In this document: positions 26,809 through 36,601 of the stretch, piece after piece
Layout of the letters: every line of letters begins with the position of its first letter
Numbering within the stretch: position 1 is the first letter of the stretch
IMG/VR virus record: IMGVR_UViG_3300011827_000030
Location: 1-39,646 of that record
Direction: 5' to 3' (one strand)
From: a virus
Taxonomy: Duplodnaviria; Heunggongvirae; Uroviricota; Caudoviricetes
Length of the DNA stretch: 39,646 bases
Notes under the pieces: generated by a model
Seen by the model: the letters and a program-made list of their open reading frames with translations, nothing else
The model's database searches: none
What the model was told of the DNA's origin: nothing
Program-made: the position numbers and the translations under genes

Positions 26809-27406
26809 TCTGCTGCCACCGGGTTCAACTTCACTGGAGCGCCGACTGGCGCAAACCTGTAGCGGGATTTCTGATTTGCAGGTGCCGCTGCGTGACTTGT
26901 GGAATCCGGCTACCTGTCCGGTCAGTTTCCTGCCTTATCTCGCCTGGGCGTTCTCTGTGGATCGCTGGGACGAGGGCTGGACAGAAAGCGTCAAGCGCCA
27001 GGTGGTGAAGGATGCTTTTTATATTCATCAGCATAAAGGGACCACCAGTGCCGTGCGGCGGGTGGTGGAGCCGTTCGGCTTTCTGATCCGCATTATTGAG
27101 TGGTGGCAGACCGGAGAAACACCCGGCACGTTTCGCCTGGATATCGGCGTGCAGGACCAGGGCATCACTGAAGATACCTATCAGGAACTTGAGAGGCTGA
27201 TAAGCGATGCCAAACCATGTAGCCGTCACATGATCGGCATGTCCATCAATCTACAGACCAGCGGCCCGTATTGGTTGGGGGCAGCCAGCTATCTTGGTGA
27301 AGAAATCACGATCTTTCCGTATATCAACGAAACAATTATTTCCGGCGGCACCGCGCATGAAGGCGGGGCGGTCCATGTTATTGACACAATGAGAGTGAAT
27401 CCATGA
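26801..27406 (+). CDS. I: Baseplate/tail protein (P2 gpI-like)
   Basis: 201 aa; RBS GGAGGAACGG; start overlaps the J stop. Confidence 0.8.
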   Translation: MNSLLPPGSTSLERRLAQTCSGISDLQVPLRDLWNPATCPVSFLPYLAWAFSVDRWDEGWTESVKRQVVKDAFYIHQHKGTTSAVRRVVEPFGFLIRIIEWWQTGETPGTFRLDIGVQDQGITEDTYQELERLISDAKPCSRHMIGMSINLQTSGPYWLGAASYLGEEITIFPYINETIISGGTAHEGGAVHVIDTMRVNP

Positions 27407-29154
27407 GCACAAAATTTTATACCCTGCTGACGGATATTGGCGCGGCGAAACTTGCCAGCGCCGCCGCGCTCGGTGTGCCTTTAAAAATTACCCATATGGC
27501 GGTCGGCGATGGCGGCGGAACATTACCAACGCCGGACGCAAAGCAGACAGCACTGGTAAATGAGAAACGCCGGGCTGCGCTGAATATGCTCTATATCGAC
27601 CCGCAGAACAGCAGCCAGATTATTGCTGAACAGGTGATCCCTGAAAACGAGGGCGGTTGGTGGATACGTGAAGTGGGCCTGTTTGATGAGTCCGGAGCAT
27701 TGATTGCCGTGGGCAACTGCCCGGAAAGCTATAAGCCGCAACTGGCTGAAGGCAGCGGGCGTACCCAGACCGTGCGTATGGTGTTGATTACCAGCAGCAC
27801 GGACAATATCACCCTGAAAATCGACCCTGCCGTAGTGCTGGCAACCCGCAAGTATGTGGATGACAAAATATCAGAGCACGAACAGTCACGACGTCACCCG
27901 GACGCCTCGCTGACCGCAAAAGGTTTTACTCAGTTAAGCAGTGCGACCAACAGTGAATCCGAAATACTGGCCGCAACACCGAAGGCTGTGAAGGCTGCAT
28001 ATGATCTTGCAGCAGGTAAAGCATCCGCCAGTCACACACACCCGTGGAATCAGATAACGGATGTGCCTGCAGCTTCACTGACGGTAAAAGGCACCGTGCA
28101 ACTCAGCAGCGCCACTAACAGCACGTCAGAAACGCAGGCTGCCACACCAAAGGCAGTGAAGGCGGCATATGACCTTGCAGCAGGTAAGGCACCTGTCAGT
28201 CACACGCACCCGTGGAGCCAGATAACGGATGTGCCTGCAGCTTCACTGACGGTAAAAGGTACCGTGCAACTCAGCAGCGCCACTAACAGCACGTCAGAAA
28301 CGCAGGCTGCCACACCAAAAGCCGTGAAGGCTGTATATGACCTTGCCAATGGAAAACAACCTGCCGACGCCACACTGACCGCACTGGCAGGCCTTGCCAC
28401 TGCGGCAGACAAACTACCGTATTTTACGGGGAATGATACAGCCAGCCTGACAACCCTGACTAATGTTGGACGGGATATTCTGGCTAAAACAAGCAAACAG
28501 GAGGTTATTCATTATCTTGGTTTGGGAGCTACAAACGGATACGTGGGACGCTTGGTGAATACCCGGGTTTTCACGTCATCAGGTACGTACACCCCGACGC
28601 CAGGAACAAAACGGATCAGGGTCACAATAACGGGCGGCGGTGGCGGAGGGGGCGGCTGCAAGGCTATATCCAATAATGAAACGTTTTTCGGTGCTGGCGG
28701 TGGGGCCGGTGGAACAATAATTTCAATAATGACCCCGACACAGAATAGTTATCCAGTCACTATCGGCGCAGGTGGGGCCGGTGGTGTTAGTGCAACGTAC
28801 GGCATCAATGGCGGTAATAGCTTATTCGCATCGTTAATTGCTCCTGGTGGCGCAGGCGGCGGAAAGTCAGGAGTCACAAACACAAACGGTGGTAACGGAG
28901 GTGTGCCGAGTACTGGCGATATAAACATCATTGGTGGATGTGGAGGCGACGGTCAGTCCGGAAATATCGGCGTCAGCGGTGAAGGCGGAACATCGTACTG
29001 GGGTGGCGGTGGACGCGCAGGCGCTGGCGGTGGTGTTAGCGGCAAGGCATATGGTTCAGGTGGCGGTGGTGCATACGATGCCGGTTATAGCGGAACCAGT
29101 ATGACGGGCGGGAAAGGCGCTGCAGGGATTTGTATTATCGAGGAGTTTGCATAA
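27403..29154 (+). CDS. H: Tail fibre protein (P2 gpH-like) with tandem fibre repeats and a glycine-rich C-terminal domain
   Basis: 583 aa; N-terminus MSTKFYTLLTDIGAAKLASAAALGVPLKITHMAVGDGGG typical of P2-type fibre attachment domains; internal 56-aa tandem repeats; C-terminal about 180 aa dominated by GGxGG runs. Confidence 0.9.
   Translation: MSTKFYTLLTDIGAAKLASAAALGVPLKITHMAVGDGGGTLPTPDAKQTALVNEKRRAALNMLYIDPQNSSQIIAEQVIPENEGGWWIREVGLFDESGALIAVGNCPESYKPQLAEGSGRTQTVRMVLITSSTDNITLKIDPAVVLATRKYVDDKISEHEQSRRHPDASLTAKGFTQLSSATNSESEILAATPKAVKAAYDLAAGKASASHTHPWNQITDVPAASLTVKGTVQLSSATNSTSETQAATPKAVKAAYDLAAGKAPVSHTHPWSQITDVPAASLTVKGTVQLSSATNSTSETQAATPKAVKAVYDLANGKQPADATLTALAGLATAADKLPYFTGNDTASLTTLTNVGRDILAKTSKQEVIHYLGLGATNGYVGRLVNTRVFTSSGTYTPTPGTKRIRVTITGGGGGGGGCKAISNNETFFGAGGGAGGTIISIMTPTQNSYPVTIGAGGAGGVSATYGINGGNSLFASLIAPGGAGGGKSGVTNTNGGNGGVPSTGDINIIGGCGGDGQSGNIGVSGEGGTSYWGGGGRAGAGGGVSGKAYGSGGGGAYDAGYSGTSMTGGKGAAGICIIEEFA
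27898..28368 (+). repeat. Tandem in-frame repeat of 168 bp, about 2.7 copies, inside tail fibre gene H
   Basis: Units starting at 28033 and 28201 are nearly identical at the DNA level (HTHPW[NS]QITDVPAASLTVKGTVQLSSATNSTSETQAATPKAVKA[AV]YDLA...); a diverged partial copy precedes them. Confidence 0.75.
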
Positions 29155-29567
29155 TGAATGCGTCATATGCAGTTATTGAAAATGGGATGGTTGTGAATGT
29201 CATTGTCTGGGATGGCGAGGCTGAATTCACAGTGCCGGATGTTCAGCAGCTCATTGATATTTCTGATATCAGTGAGCAGCCCGGAATCGGCTGGGTTTAT
29301 TCAGACGGGGGATTTACTGCACCACCCACTCAGGAACGTTCTCATGATGAACTGGTAGTTGACGCTGAACAGAAAAAACAGTCGCTGTTAGACGCAGCAA
29401 TGGCCAATATCAGCGTGATTCAGTTAAAGCTGCAGGCCGGGCGCAAACTGACGCAAGAGGAAACTACCCGACTTAACGTTGTGCTGGATTATATCGAGGC
29501 TGTGACGGCAACAGATACCAGCACCGCACCTGATATTATTTGGCCTGTTTTCCCTGCAAGCAGATAA
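29154..29567 (+). CDS. G: Tail fibre assembly chaperone (P2 gpG-like)
   Basis: 137 aa from the ATG overlapping the H stop (TAATG); position directly after the fibre gene. Confidence 0.75.
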   Translation: MNASYAVIENGMVVNVIVWDGEAEFTVPDVQQLIDISDISEQPGIGWVYSDGGFTAPPTQERSHDELVVDAEQKKQSLLDAAMANISVIQLKLQAGRKLTQEETTRLNVVLDYIEAVTATDTSTAPDIIWPVFPASR

Positions 29568-29580
29568 ATACCGTCATTTT

Positions 29581-29598
29581 GTGTGAATAACGGTACAA
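29581..29598. promoter_or_regulatory. Late-activator (Ogr) site TGT-N12-ACA upstream of FI
   Basis: TGTgtgaataacggtACA inside the palindrome accgtcattttgtgtgaataacggt, centred about 85 nt upstream of the FI ATG. Confidence 0.5.
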
Positions 29599-29673
29599 CT
29601 GCGCTTAGCTGCTTGTCAGACACAATCACTTCAACATAGGGCGAAGCCTAATCCAATCAGGAGGTTCGCCACT

Positions 29674-30846
29674 ATGGCTCAGGATTACCACCACGGAGTG
29701 CGCGTTGTTGAAGTCAACGAAGGCACTCGATCCATTACTACGGTGAGCACCGCCATCGTGGGCATGGTCTGCACGGGCGATGATGCCGATGCAAAAATGT
29801 TCCCTCTTAATAAACCCGTGCTGATCACTGATGTGCTTACTGCCAGCGGTAAAGCGGGTGAGTCAGGTACGCTGGCCCGTTCGCTGGATGCCATCGCTGA
29901 CCAGGCAAAACCCGTGACCGTTGTTGTGCGTGTGCCGCAGGGTGAAACGGAAGAAGAAACCACGACCAATATCATCGGCGCAGTGACTGCTGAAGGTAAA
30001 AAAACTGGTATGAAAGCCCTGTTATCTGCCCAGTCACAGCTCGGTGTTAAACCGCGCATTCTCGGCGTGCCGGGGCACGATAACAAAGCCGTTGCTACTG
30101 AGTTGCTGGGCGTGGCGGAAAGCCTGCGTGGGTTTGCTTACCTGTCAGCGTATGGCTGCAAGACGGTGCAGGAAGCAATCACTTACCGTAAAAACTTCAG
30201 CCAGCGTGAAGGGATGCTGATCTGGCCCGACTTTACTGGCTGGGACACGGTGCTGAATGCCGAAGCAACGGCATATGCCACCGCCCGTGCGCTTGGTCTG
30301 CGCGCCAAAATTGATGAGCAGACCGGATGGCACAAAAGCCTGTCCAACGTGGGCGTGAACGGTGTCACCGGAATTTCTGCTGATGTATTCTGGGATCTGC
30401 AGGACCCGGCAACTGATGCGGGACTGCTTAACCAGAACGATGTTACCACACTTATCCGCAAAGACGGCTTTCGCTTCTGGGGTTCCCGCTGTCTGAGTGA
30501 TGACCCACTCTTTGCCTTTGAAAACTACACCCGCACGGCGCAGGTGCTGATGGACACGATGGCAGAAGCGCCAATGTGGGCGGTCGACAAACCGCTGAAT
30601 CCGTCGCTGGCCCGCGACATTATCGAAGGTATCCGCGCCAAAATGCGCAGCCTGATCAGTCAGGGCTATCTCATTGGTGGCGATTGCTGGCTGGATGAGT
30701 CGGTGAACGACAAAGACACTCTGAAAGCTGGAAAACTCACCATCGACTACGACTACACACCAGTGCCGCCACTTGAAAACCTGATGCTGCGTCAGCGCAT
30801 CACCGATCAGTACCTGGTGAATTTCTCCAGCCAGGTCAGCGCGTAA
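29674..30846 (+). CDS. FI: Contractile tail sheath protein (P2 gpFI-like)
   Basis: 390 aa; RBS CAGGAGG; size and position as P2 FI. Confidence 0.9.
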   Translation: MAQDYHHGVRVVEVNEGTRSITTVSTAIVGMVCTGDDADAKMFPLNKPVLITDVLTASGKAGESGTLARSLDAIADQAKPVTVVVRVPQGETEEETTTNIIGAVTAEGKKTGMKALLSAQSQLGVKPRILGVPGHDNKAVATELLGVAESLRGFAYLSAYGCKTVQEAITYRKNFSQREGMLIWPDFTGWDTVLNAEATAYATARALGLRAKIDEQTGWHKSLSNVGVNGVTGISADVFWDLQDPATDAGLLNQNDVTTLIRKDGFRFWGSRCLSDDPLFAFENYTRTAQVLMDTMAEAPMWAVDKPLNPSLARDIIEGIRAKMRSLISQGYLIGGDCWLDESVNDKDTLKAGKLTIDYDYTPVPPLENLMLRQRITDQYLVNFSSQVSA

Positions 30847-30855
30847 GGGGACAAC

Positions 30856-31371
30856 ATGGCTTTACCACGCAAATTAAAACACCTGAACCTGTTTAACGAC
30901 GGGAACAACTGGCAGGGGATCGTTGAGTCGCTGACGCTGCCGAAATTCACCCGCAAATATGAGAAGTATCGCGGTGGCGGAATGCCGGGTGCAGTGGATG
31001 TGGATCTGGGGCTGGATGATAGTGCGCTGGACACAGAATTTTCCATTGGTGGTACTGAACTGCTGCTGTTTAAGCAGATGGGCAAAGCCACGGTGGATGG
31101 TATCCAGTTGCGCTTTACCGGCTCTATTCAGCGTGACGATACCGGGGAAGTGCAGGCCGTGGAGCTTGTGGTGCGTGGACGTCACAAAGAAGTGGATTCC
31201 GGCGAGTGGAAGACGGGCGAAAGCAACACCACCAAAGTGACCAGTACCAACAGCTACGCGAAGCTGACTATCAATGGTGAGGTGCTCTATGAAGTGGACC
31301 TTATCAACATGGTGGAAATTGTGGACGGCGTGGACCTGATGGAAGCGCACCGCAACGCCCTCGGCCTCTGA
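30856..31371 (+). CDS. FII: Tail tube protein (P2 gpFII-like)
   Basis: 171 aa; RBS AAGGGGA; size and position as P2 FII. Confidence 0.9.
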   Translation: MALPRKLKHLNLFNDGNNWQGIVESLTLPKFTRKYEKYRGGGMPGAVDVDLGLDDSALDTEFSIGGTELLLFKQMGKATVDGIQLRFTGSIQRDDTGEVQAVELVVRGRHKEVDSGEWKTGESNTTKVTSTNSYAKLTINGEVLYEVDLINMVEIVDGVDLMEAHRNALGL

Positions 31372-31382
31372 TGTATCTGAAC

Positions 31383-31400
31383 GGCGCGGGATTCCGCGCC
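31383..31400 (+). other. GC-rich hairpin GGCGCGG-gatt-CCGCGCC between FII and E (possible partial terminator / RNA stability element)
   Basis: Perfect 7-bp GC stem with a 4-nt loop; no U-tract follows. Confidence 0.3.
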
Positions 31401-31425
31401 AGAACCCAATTTACAGGACAGAAAA

Positions 31426-31728
31426 ATGAGCGATAAGCAGACTGAAAAGACTATTCAACTGGATACCCCTATCAAGCGCGGTAAAACGGAAATCACCGAA
31501 ATTGTGCTGCGTAAACCGCAGTCCGGTGCACTGCGCGGTACACGCCTGCAGGCTATTATGGATATGGATGTGAACGCGATGATGACCGTGATCCCCCGCA
31601 TCTCCAGCCCGGCACTGACTGCACAGGAAATTGCAGAGATGGACCCGGCAGATCTCACCGCTATGTCGGTTGAGGTTGTCACTTTTTTGTTGAAGAAGTC
31701 GGTACTTGCCGGTTTACCGACAGCCTGA
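31426..31728 (+). CDS. E: Tail assembly chaperone (P2 gpE-like)
   Basis: 100 aa; lies immediately upstream of the tape measure gene; contains a slippery heptamer near its 3' end. Confidence 0.8.
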   Translation: MSDKQTEKTIQLDTPIKRGKTEITEIVLRKPQSGALRGTRLQAIMDMDVNAMMTVIPRISSPALTAQEIAEMDPADLTAMSVEVVTFLLKKSVLAGLPTA

Positions 31729-31862
31729 CGGTTGACGATCTGGTGGCTGATATCGCCACCATCTTTCACTGGCCGCCATCCGTTACTGACGTTATGCCGC
31801 TGACCGAAGTGCTGGAATGGCGGTATAAAGCGATTCAGAGAAGCGGGGCCAACGATGAGTGA
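31426..31862 (+). CDS. E': E+E' fusion produced by a programmed -1 frameshift at T-TTT-TTG (31683-31689)
   Basis: Manual translation in the -1 frame after the heptamer gives an open frame of 57 codons (...VEEVGTCRFTDSLTVDDLVADIATIFHWPPSVTDVMPLTEVLEWRYKAIQRSGANDE) ending at TGA 31860-31862, just inside the T start; matches the P2 E/E' arrangement. Confidence 0.6.
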
Positions 31863-34800
31863 TAATAACCTGCGCCTGCAGGTCATTCTTAATGCGGTTG
31901 ACAAACTCACCCGCCCATTCCGTGCTGCACAGGCCAGTTCGAAAGAGCTGGCTGGCGCAATTCAGAATACCCGAAACAGCCTCAAAGAACTGAATAAGCA
32001 GGCTGGCAGAATTGATGAATTTCGCAAGACGCGCTCGCAACTAGCCATAACAGCCAACAACCTGAACGCAGCCCGCGAAGAGGCGGCAAAACTCGCCACA
32101 CAATTTGCTGCCACTAACAGGCCAACCGCCGCGCAGGCAAAGTTATTCAGTCAGGCCAAAACACGAGTACAGGAACTTCAGCAGACCTATAACGGCTTGT
32201 TGGGGGCGGTCCAGAGACAACGTCAGGCACTTAAAGAATCAGGGATTGATACCAGACAACTCAGTAGTGCCCAGCGAGAACTTAAGAAAAATGCTGAAGA
32301 AACAAGGCAGGCACTGGAGGGCCAGCAAAAAGCACTTAAACGTCTGGGTGAACAACAGGCACGGATGAACGCTGCCAGAGAACAATACTCAAGACGGCTT
32401 GAAGTGCGCGATCGCATCGCAGGAGCCGGAGCCACTACCACGGCTGCAGGGCTGGCAATGGGTGCGCCAGTGATGGCGGCAGTAAAAAGCTATACCAGCA
32501 TGGAAGATGCCATGAAAGGTGTGGCAAAGCAGGTCAATGGTCTGCGTGACGATAATGGCAACCGCACTGCACGTTTTTATGAAATGCAGGATGCCATCAA
32601 GGCTGCCAGCGAACAGTTGCCGATGGAAAACGGTGCGGTGGACTTCGCTGCACTGGTTGAAGGTGGTGCGCGCATGAACGTCGCAAACCCTGACGACAGC
32701 TGGGAAGACCAGAAACGTGACCTGCTGGCCTTCGCCAGTACGGCAGCAAAGGCGGCAACAGCCTTTGAGCTGCCAGCGGATGAACTGTCAGAAAGTCTGG
32801 GGAAAATCGCCCAGCTCTACAAAATACCAACCCGCAATATTGAACAGCTCGGCGATGCGCTGAACTATCTGGATGATAACGCCATGTCGAAAGGGGCGGA
32901 CATCATTGATGTGATGCAACGTCTGGGCGGTGTGGCTGACCGTCTGGATTATCGTAAAGCGGCGGCGCTGGGTTCCACCTTCCTGACACTGGGCGCTGCG
33001 CCGGAGGTTGCAGCCAGTGCAGCAAACGCGATGGTGCGTGAATTGTCCATTGCCACCATGCAGAGCAAGAGTTTCTTTGAAGGGATGAATCTGCTGAAAC
33101 TCAATCCTGAAGTGATTGAAAAGCAGATGACGAAGGATGCGATGGGAACTATCCAGCGTGTGCTGGAGAAGGTGAACGCACTGCCGCAGGACAAGCGTCT
33201 GTCTGCCATGACCATGTTGTTTGGTAAAGAGTTTGGCGATGACGCGGCGAAACTGGCAAACAACCTGCCGGAACTGCAGCGTCAGTTAAAACTGACAGCG
33301 GGCAATGATGCGCTCGGCTCCATGCAGAAAGAATCCGACATCAATAAGGACTCACTTTCTGCTCAGTGGTTACTGGTCAAAACCGGAGCGCAGAACACCT
33401 TCAGCAGCCTGGGCGAAACGCTGCGCCAGCCGCTGATGGATATTCTGTACACGGTGAAAAGCATCACGGGGGCGTTGCGCCGCTGGGTGGAAGCTAACCC
33501 GGAACTGACAGGCACACTGATGAAAGTAGCGGCTGTTGTGGCTGCGGTTACCGTAGGCCTCGGCACCTTAGCGGTGGCGCTGGCTGCAGTGCTGGGGCCG
33601 CTGGCAGTCATCCGTCTGGGATTCTCTGTGCTGGGTATCAAAACGTTACCTTCCGTTACGGCAGCAGTAACACGAACCAGCAGCGCGTTGTCCTGGTTAG
33701 CTGGCGCTCCACTGGCACTGCTGCGACGCGGGCTTGCTTCATCGGGCAACGCAGCGGGTTTACTTACTGCGCCGTTGTCGTCTTTGCGCCGCACGGCATC
33801 ACTGACGGGGAATGTCCTGAAAACTGTAGTAGGTGTGCCGGTTGCACTGTTGCGGTCTGGATTATCCGGTTTACGTGCTGTTGCTGTGATGTTTATGAAT
33901 CCACTGGCAGCACTACGCGGTGGACTGGCTGCCGCAGGCGCGGTGCTGCGAGTACTGGCATCCGGTCCGCTGGCGATGCTGCGCGTTGCCCTGTATGCCA
34001 TATCGGGTCTGTTAGGTGCTCTGCTCAGTCCGATAGGTCTTGTGGTTACTGCACTGGCGGGCGTGGCGCTGGTTGTCTGGAAATACTGGCAACCCATCAC
34101 CGCATTTCTCGCTGGTGTGGTGGAAGGATTCAAAGCGGCGGCAGGTCCCATCAGTGCAGCATTCGAACCACTTAAGCCTGTGTTTCAGTGGATTGGCGAC
34201 AAAGTGCAGGCGTTGTGGGGCTGGTTTACTGATCTGCTGACGCCCGTTAAGTCGACCTCTGCCGAACTGCAGAGCGCAGCGGCAATGGGGCGACGATTCG
34301 GGGAGGCACTGGCGGAAGGGCTGAATATGGTCATGCATCCGCTGGACTCCCTGAAATCCGGCGTTTCCTGGTTGCTGGAGAAACTCGGCATTGTCAGTAA
34401 AGAGGCTGCAAAGGCGAAACTGCCGGAAAGAGTGACGCGTCAGCAACCTGCGACGGTGAATGCAGACGGTAAAGTGATGATGCCATCGGGTGGTTTTCCG
34501 TCATGGGGATATGGCTTTGCGGGGATGTATGACAGCGGCGGCTATATCCCGCGCGGGCAGTTTGGCATCGTCGGTGAAAACGGGCCGGAAATTGTTAACG
34601 GCCCGGCAAATGTGACCAGCCGGAGAAATACAGCTGCACTGGCTGCCGTTGTTACCGGAATGATGGGAGTTGCTGCCGCGCCAGCAGAGCTTCCACCGTT
34701 GCACCCTTTGGCACTTCCCGCGAAAGGTGGAGAAGCAATTGTGAGTCGCGCAGCCACTGTGCCGCCCGTTTACAGGATTGAGGCACCGACGCAGATCATC

Positions 34801-34932
34801 ATCCAGACGCAGCCAGGACAAAGTGCGCAGGATATTGCGCGGGAGGTGGCCCGCCAGCTTGATGAACGTGAACGCAGGCTGAAGGCAAAGGCCAGGAGTA
34901 ACTACAGCGATCAGGGGGGATACGACGCATGA
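31855..34932 (+). CDS. T: Tail tape measure protein (P2 gpT-like)
   Basis: 1025 aa, helical N-terminal half and hydrophobic central region; position after E/E'. Confidence 0.9.
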   Translation: MSDNNLRLQVILNAVDKLTRPFRAAQASSKELAGAIQNTRNSLKELNKQAGRIDEFRKTRSQLAITANNLNAAREEAAKLATQFAATNRPTAAQAKLFSQAKTRVQELQQTYNGLLGAVQRQRQALKESGIDTRQLSSAQRELKKNAEETRQALEGQQKALKRLGEQQARMNAAREQYSRRLEVRDRIAGAGATTTAAGLAMGAPVMAAVKSYTSMEDAMKGVAKQVNGLRDDNGNRTARFYEMQDAIKAASEQLPMENGAVDFAALVEGGARMNVANPDDSWEDQKRDLLAFASTAAKAATAFELPADELSESLGKIAQLYKIPTRNIEQLGDALNYLDDNAMSKGADIIDVMQRLGGVADRLDYRKAAALGSTFLTLGAAPEVAASAANAMVRELSIATMQSKSFFEGMNLLKLNPEVIEKQMTKDAMGTIQRVLEKVNALPQDKRLSAMTMLFGKEFGDDAAKLANNLPELQRQLKLTAGNDALGSMQKESDINKDSLSAQWLLVKTGAQNTFSSLGETLRQPLMDILYTVKSITGALRRWVEANPELTGTLMKVAAVVAAVTVGLGTLAVALAAVLGPLAVIRLGFSVLGIKTLPSVTAAVTRTSSALSWLAGAPLALLRRGLASSGNAAGLLTAPLSSLRRTASLTGNVLKTVVGVPVALLRSGLSGLRAVAVMFMNPLAALRGGLAAAGAVLRVLASGPLAMLRVALYAISGLLGALLSPIGLVVTALAGVALVVWKYWQPITAFLAGVVEGFKAAAGPISAAFEPLKPVFQWIGDKVQALWGWFTDLLTPVKSTSAELQSAAAMGRRFGEALAEGLNMVMHPLDSLKSGVSWLLEKLGIVSKEAAKAKLPERVTRQQPATVNADGKVMMPSGGFPSWGYGFAGMYDSGGYIPRGQFGIVGENGPEIVNGPANVTSRRNTAALAAVVTGMMGVAAAPAELPPLHPLALPAKGGEAIVSRAATVPPVYRIEAPTQIIIQTQPGQSAQDIAREVARQLDERERRLKAKARSNYSDQGGYDA

Positions 34933-35414
34933 TGATGGTGCTGGGATTGTACGTGTTTATGCTGCGCACCGTGCCGTATCAGGAACTGCAGTATCAGCGC
35001 AGCTGGCGACATGTGGCTAACAGCCGGGTAAATCGTCGTCCGTCCACGCAGTTTCTGGGACCGGACAACGACATGCTGACGCTTTCCGGTGTTCTTATGC
35101 CGGAGATAACAGGCGGCAGGCTGTCGTTGCTGGCACTGGAGCAGATGGCAGAACAGGGGAAAGCATGGCCTCTGATTGAAGGCAGCGGCACGATTTACGG
35201 CATGTATGTGATTGAGGGACTGAATCAGACTAAAACGGAGTTTTTCCGCGACGGTATGCCGCGCCGGATTGAGTTCACCCTGTCGCTCAAACGGGTGGAT
35301 GAATCCCTGTCCGATATGTTCGGTGATCTCAGTGCGCAGCTGAATAATCTGCAGGGAACGGCAACATCAGCCTTAAGCGATATCAGTAAAACGGTGGGAG
35401 GGCTTCTGTCGTGA
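34929..35414 (+). CDS. U: Tail protein (P2 gpU-like)
   Basis: 161 aa; start overlaps the T stop; position as P2 U. Confidence 0.8.
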   Translation: MMMVLGLYVFMLRTVPYQELQYQRSWRHVANSRVNRRPSTQFLGPDNDMLTLSGVLMPEITGGRLSLLALEQMAEQGKAWPLIEGSGTIYGMYVIEGLNQTKTEFFRDGMPRRIEFTLSLKRVDESLSDMFGDLSAQLNNLQGTATSALSDISKTVGGLLS

Positions 35415-36511
35415 ATTTCAGCTCTGAACTGCTTAACAAAGGCAACAAAACTCCGGCATTCAGCATCAGTATTGAAGGCAGGGATATCACCACTGTGCTG
35501 GACAACCGCCTGATGGGGCTGACGCTGACGGATAACCGGGGATTTGAAGCGGACCAGCTTGATCTGGAGCTGGACGACGCCGATGGAAAAATCGTGCTGC
35601 CGCGCCGTGGTGCGGTCATTACGCTGGCGCTGGGCTGGAAGGGGCAGCCGCTTTTCCCGAAAGGGGCATTCACGGTGGACGAGATTGAACACACTGGCGC
35701 ACCGGACCGCCTGACTATCCGGGCGCGAAGTGCTGATTTTCGGGAAACCCTGAATACCCGCCGTGAAAAATCTTGGCACAAGACCACCGTCGGGGAAGTG
35801 GTAAAGGAAATAGCCGCGCGTCACAAGCTGAAGATGGCGCTGGGTAAAGACCTGTCGGATAAGCCCGTGGAACATATAGACCAGACTAATGAGAGTGACG
35901 GCAGTTTTCTGATGCGGCTGGCGCGACAGTACGGTGCCATCGCGTCGGTGAAAAATGGCAATCTGCTATTCATCCGGCAGGGGCAGGGCAAAAGCGCCAC
36001 TGGTAAACCACTGCCAGTGATCACTATCACACGCAAGGACGGCGACAGTCACCGCTTTACCCTGGCAGATCGCGGAGCCTACACGGGCGTAATTGCCAGC
36101 TGGTTGCATACCCGCGAACCTGCGAAGAAAGAAAGCACCACGGTGAAGCGTAAGCGCAGAACTAAGAAGCAGAAGAAAGAGCCAGAAGCGAAGCAGGGCG
36201 ATTACCTGGTGGGTACGGATGAAAACGTGCTGGTACTTAATCGCACTTATGCCAACCGGAGCAACGCCGAACGAGCGGCGAAAATGCAGTGGGAACGCCT
36301 GCAACGCGGCGTTGCGTCATTCTCGCTACAACTGGCAGAAGGGCGGGCAGATCTCTACACGGAAATGCCAGTGAAAGTCAGTGGCTTTAAACAGCCGATA
36401 GATGATGCGGAATGGACCATTACGACTCTGACGCATACCGTCAGCCCGGATAACGGTTTTACGACCAGTCTGGAGCTTGAAGTGAGGATTGATGATTTCG
36501 AAATGGAATGA
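35411..36511 (+). CDS. D: Tail protein D (P2 gpD-like, late control gene D)
   Basis: 366 aa from a GTG overlapping the U stop; position as P2 D. Confidence 0.8.
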   Translation: MNFSSELLNKGNKTPAFSISIEGRDITTVLDNRLMGLTLTDNRGFEADQLDLELDDADGKIVLPRRGAVITLALGWKGQPLFPKGAFTVDEIEHTGAPDRLTIRARSADFRETLNTRREKSWHKTTVGEVVKEIAARHKLKMALGKDLSDKPVEHIDQTNESDGSFLMRLARQYGAIASVKNGNLLFIRQGQGKSATGKPLPVITITRKDGDSHRFTLADRGAYTGVIASWLHTREPAKKESTTVKRKRRTKKQKKEPEAKQGDYLVGTDENVLVLNRTYANRSNAERAAKMQWERLQRGVASFSLQLAEGRADLYTEMPVKVSGFKQPIDDAEWTITTLTHTVSPDNGFTTSLELEVRIDDFEME

Positions 36512-36601
36512 TTCTTCGCAATGGAGAACTTTTAAGTTTGCAAAATGGAATAATGCGGTATCATTATTGTGAATTTAGCAAAAATGGGGAGAACTCGAAA
36601 A

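Noticed and set aside
27403-29567. Invertible tail-fibre segment (Mu/P1-like G or C segment)
   Set aside because: No recombinase/invertase gene adjacent and no inverted-repeat crossover sites flanking the H/G region; H and G are co-oriented and intact.
33363-34151. 262-aa minus-strand ORF (also 34012-34446 and 34501-34821)
   Set aside because: Antisense within the tape measure gene; Ala/Ser/Pro/Arg-rich low-complexity translation typical of a spurious frame in GC-rich sequence.
35225-35875. 216-aa and 134-aa minus-strand ORFs
   Set aside because: Antisense across the U/D genes; no RBS or recognisable motif; the overlapping sense genes fit the conserved P2 order.
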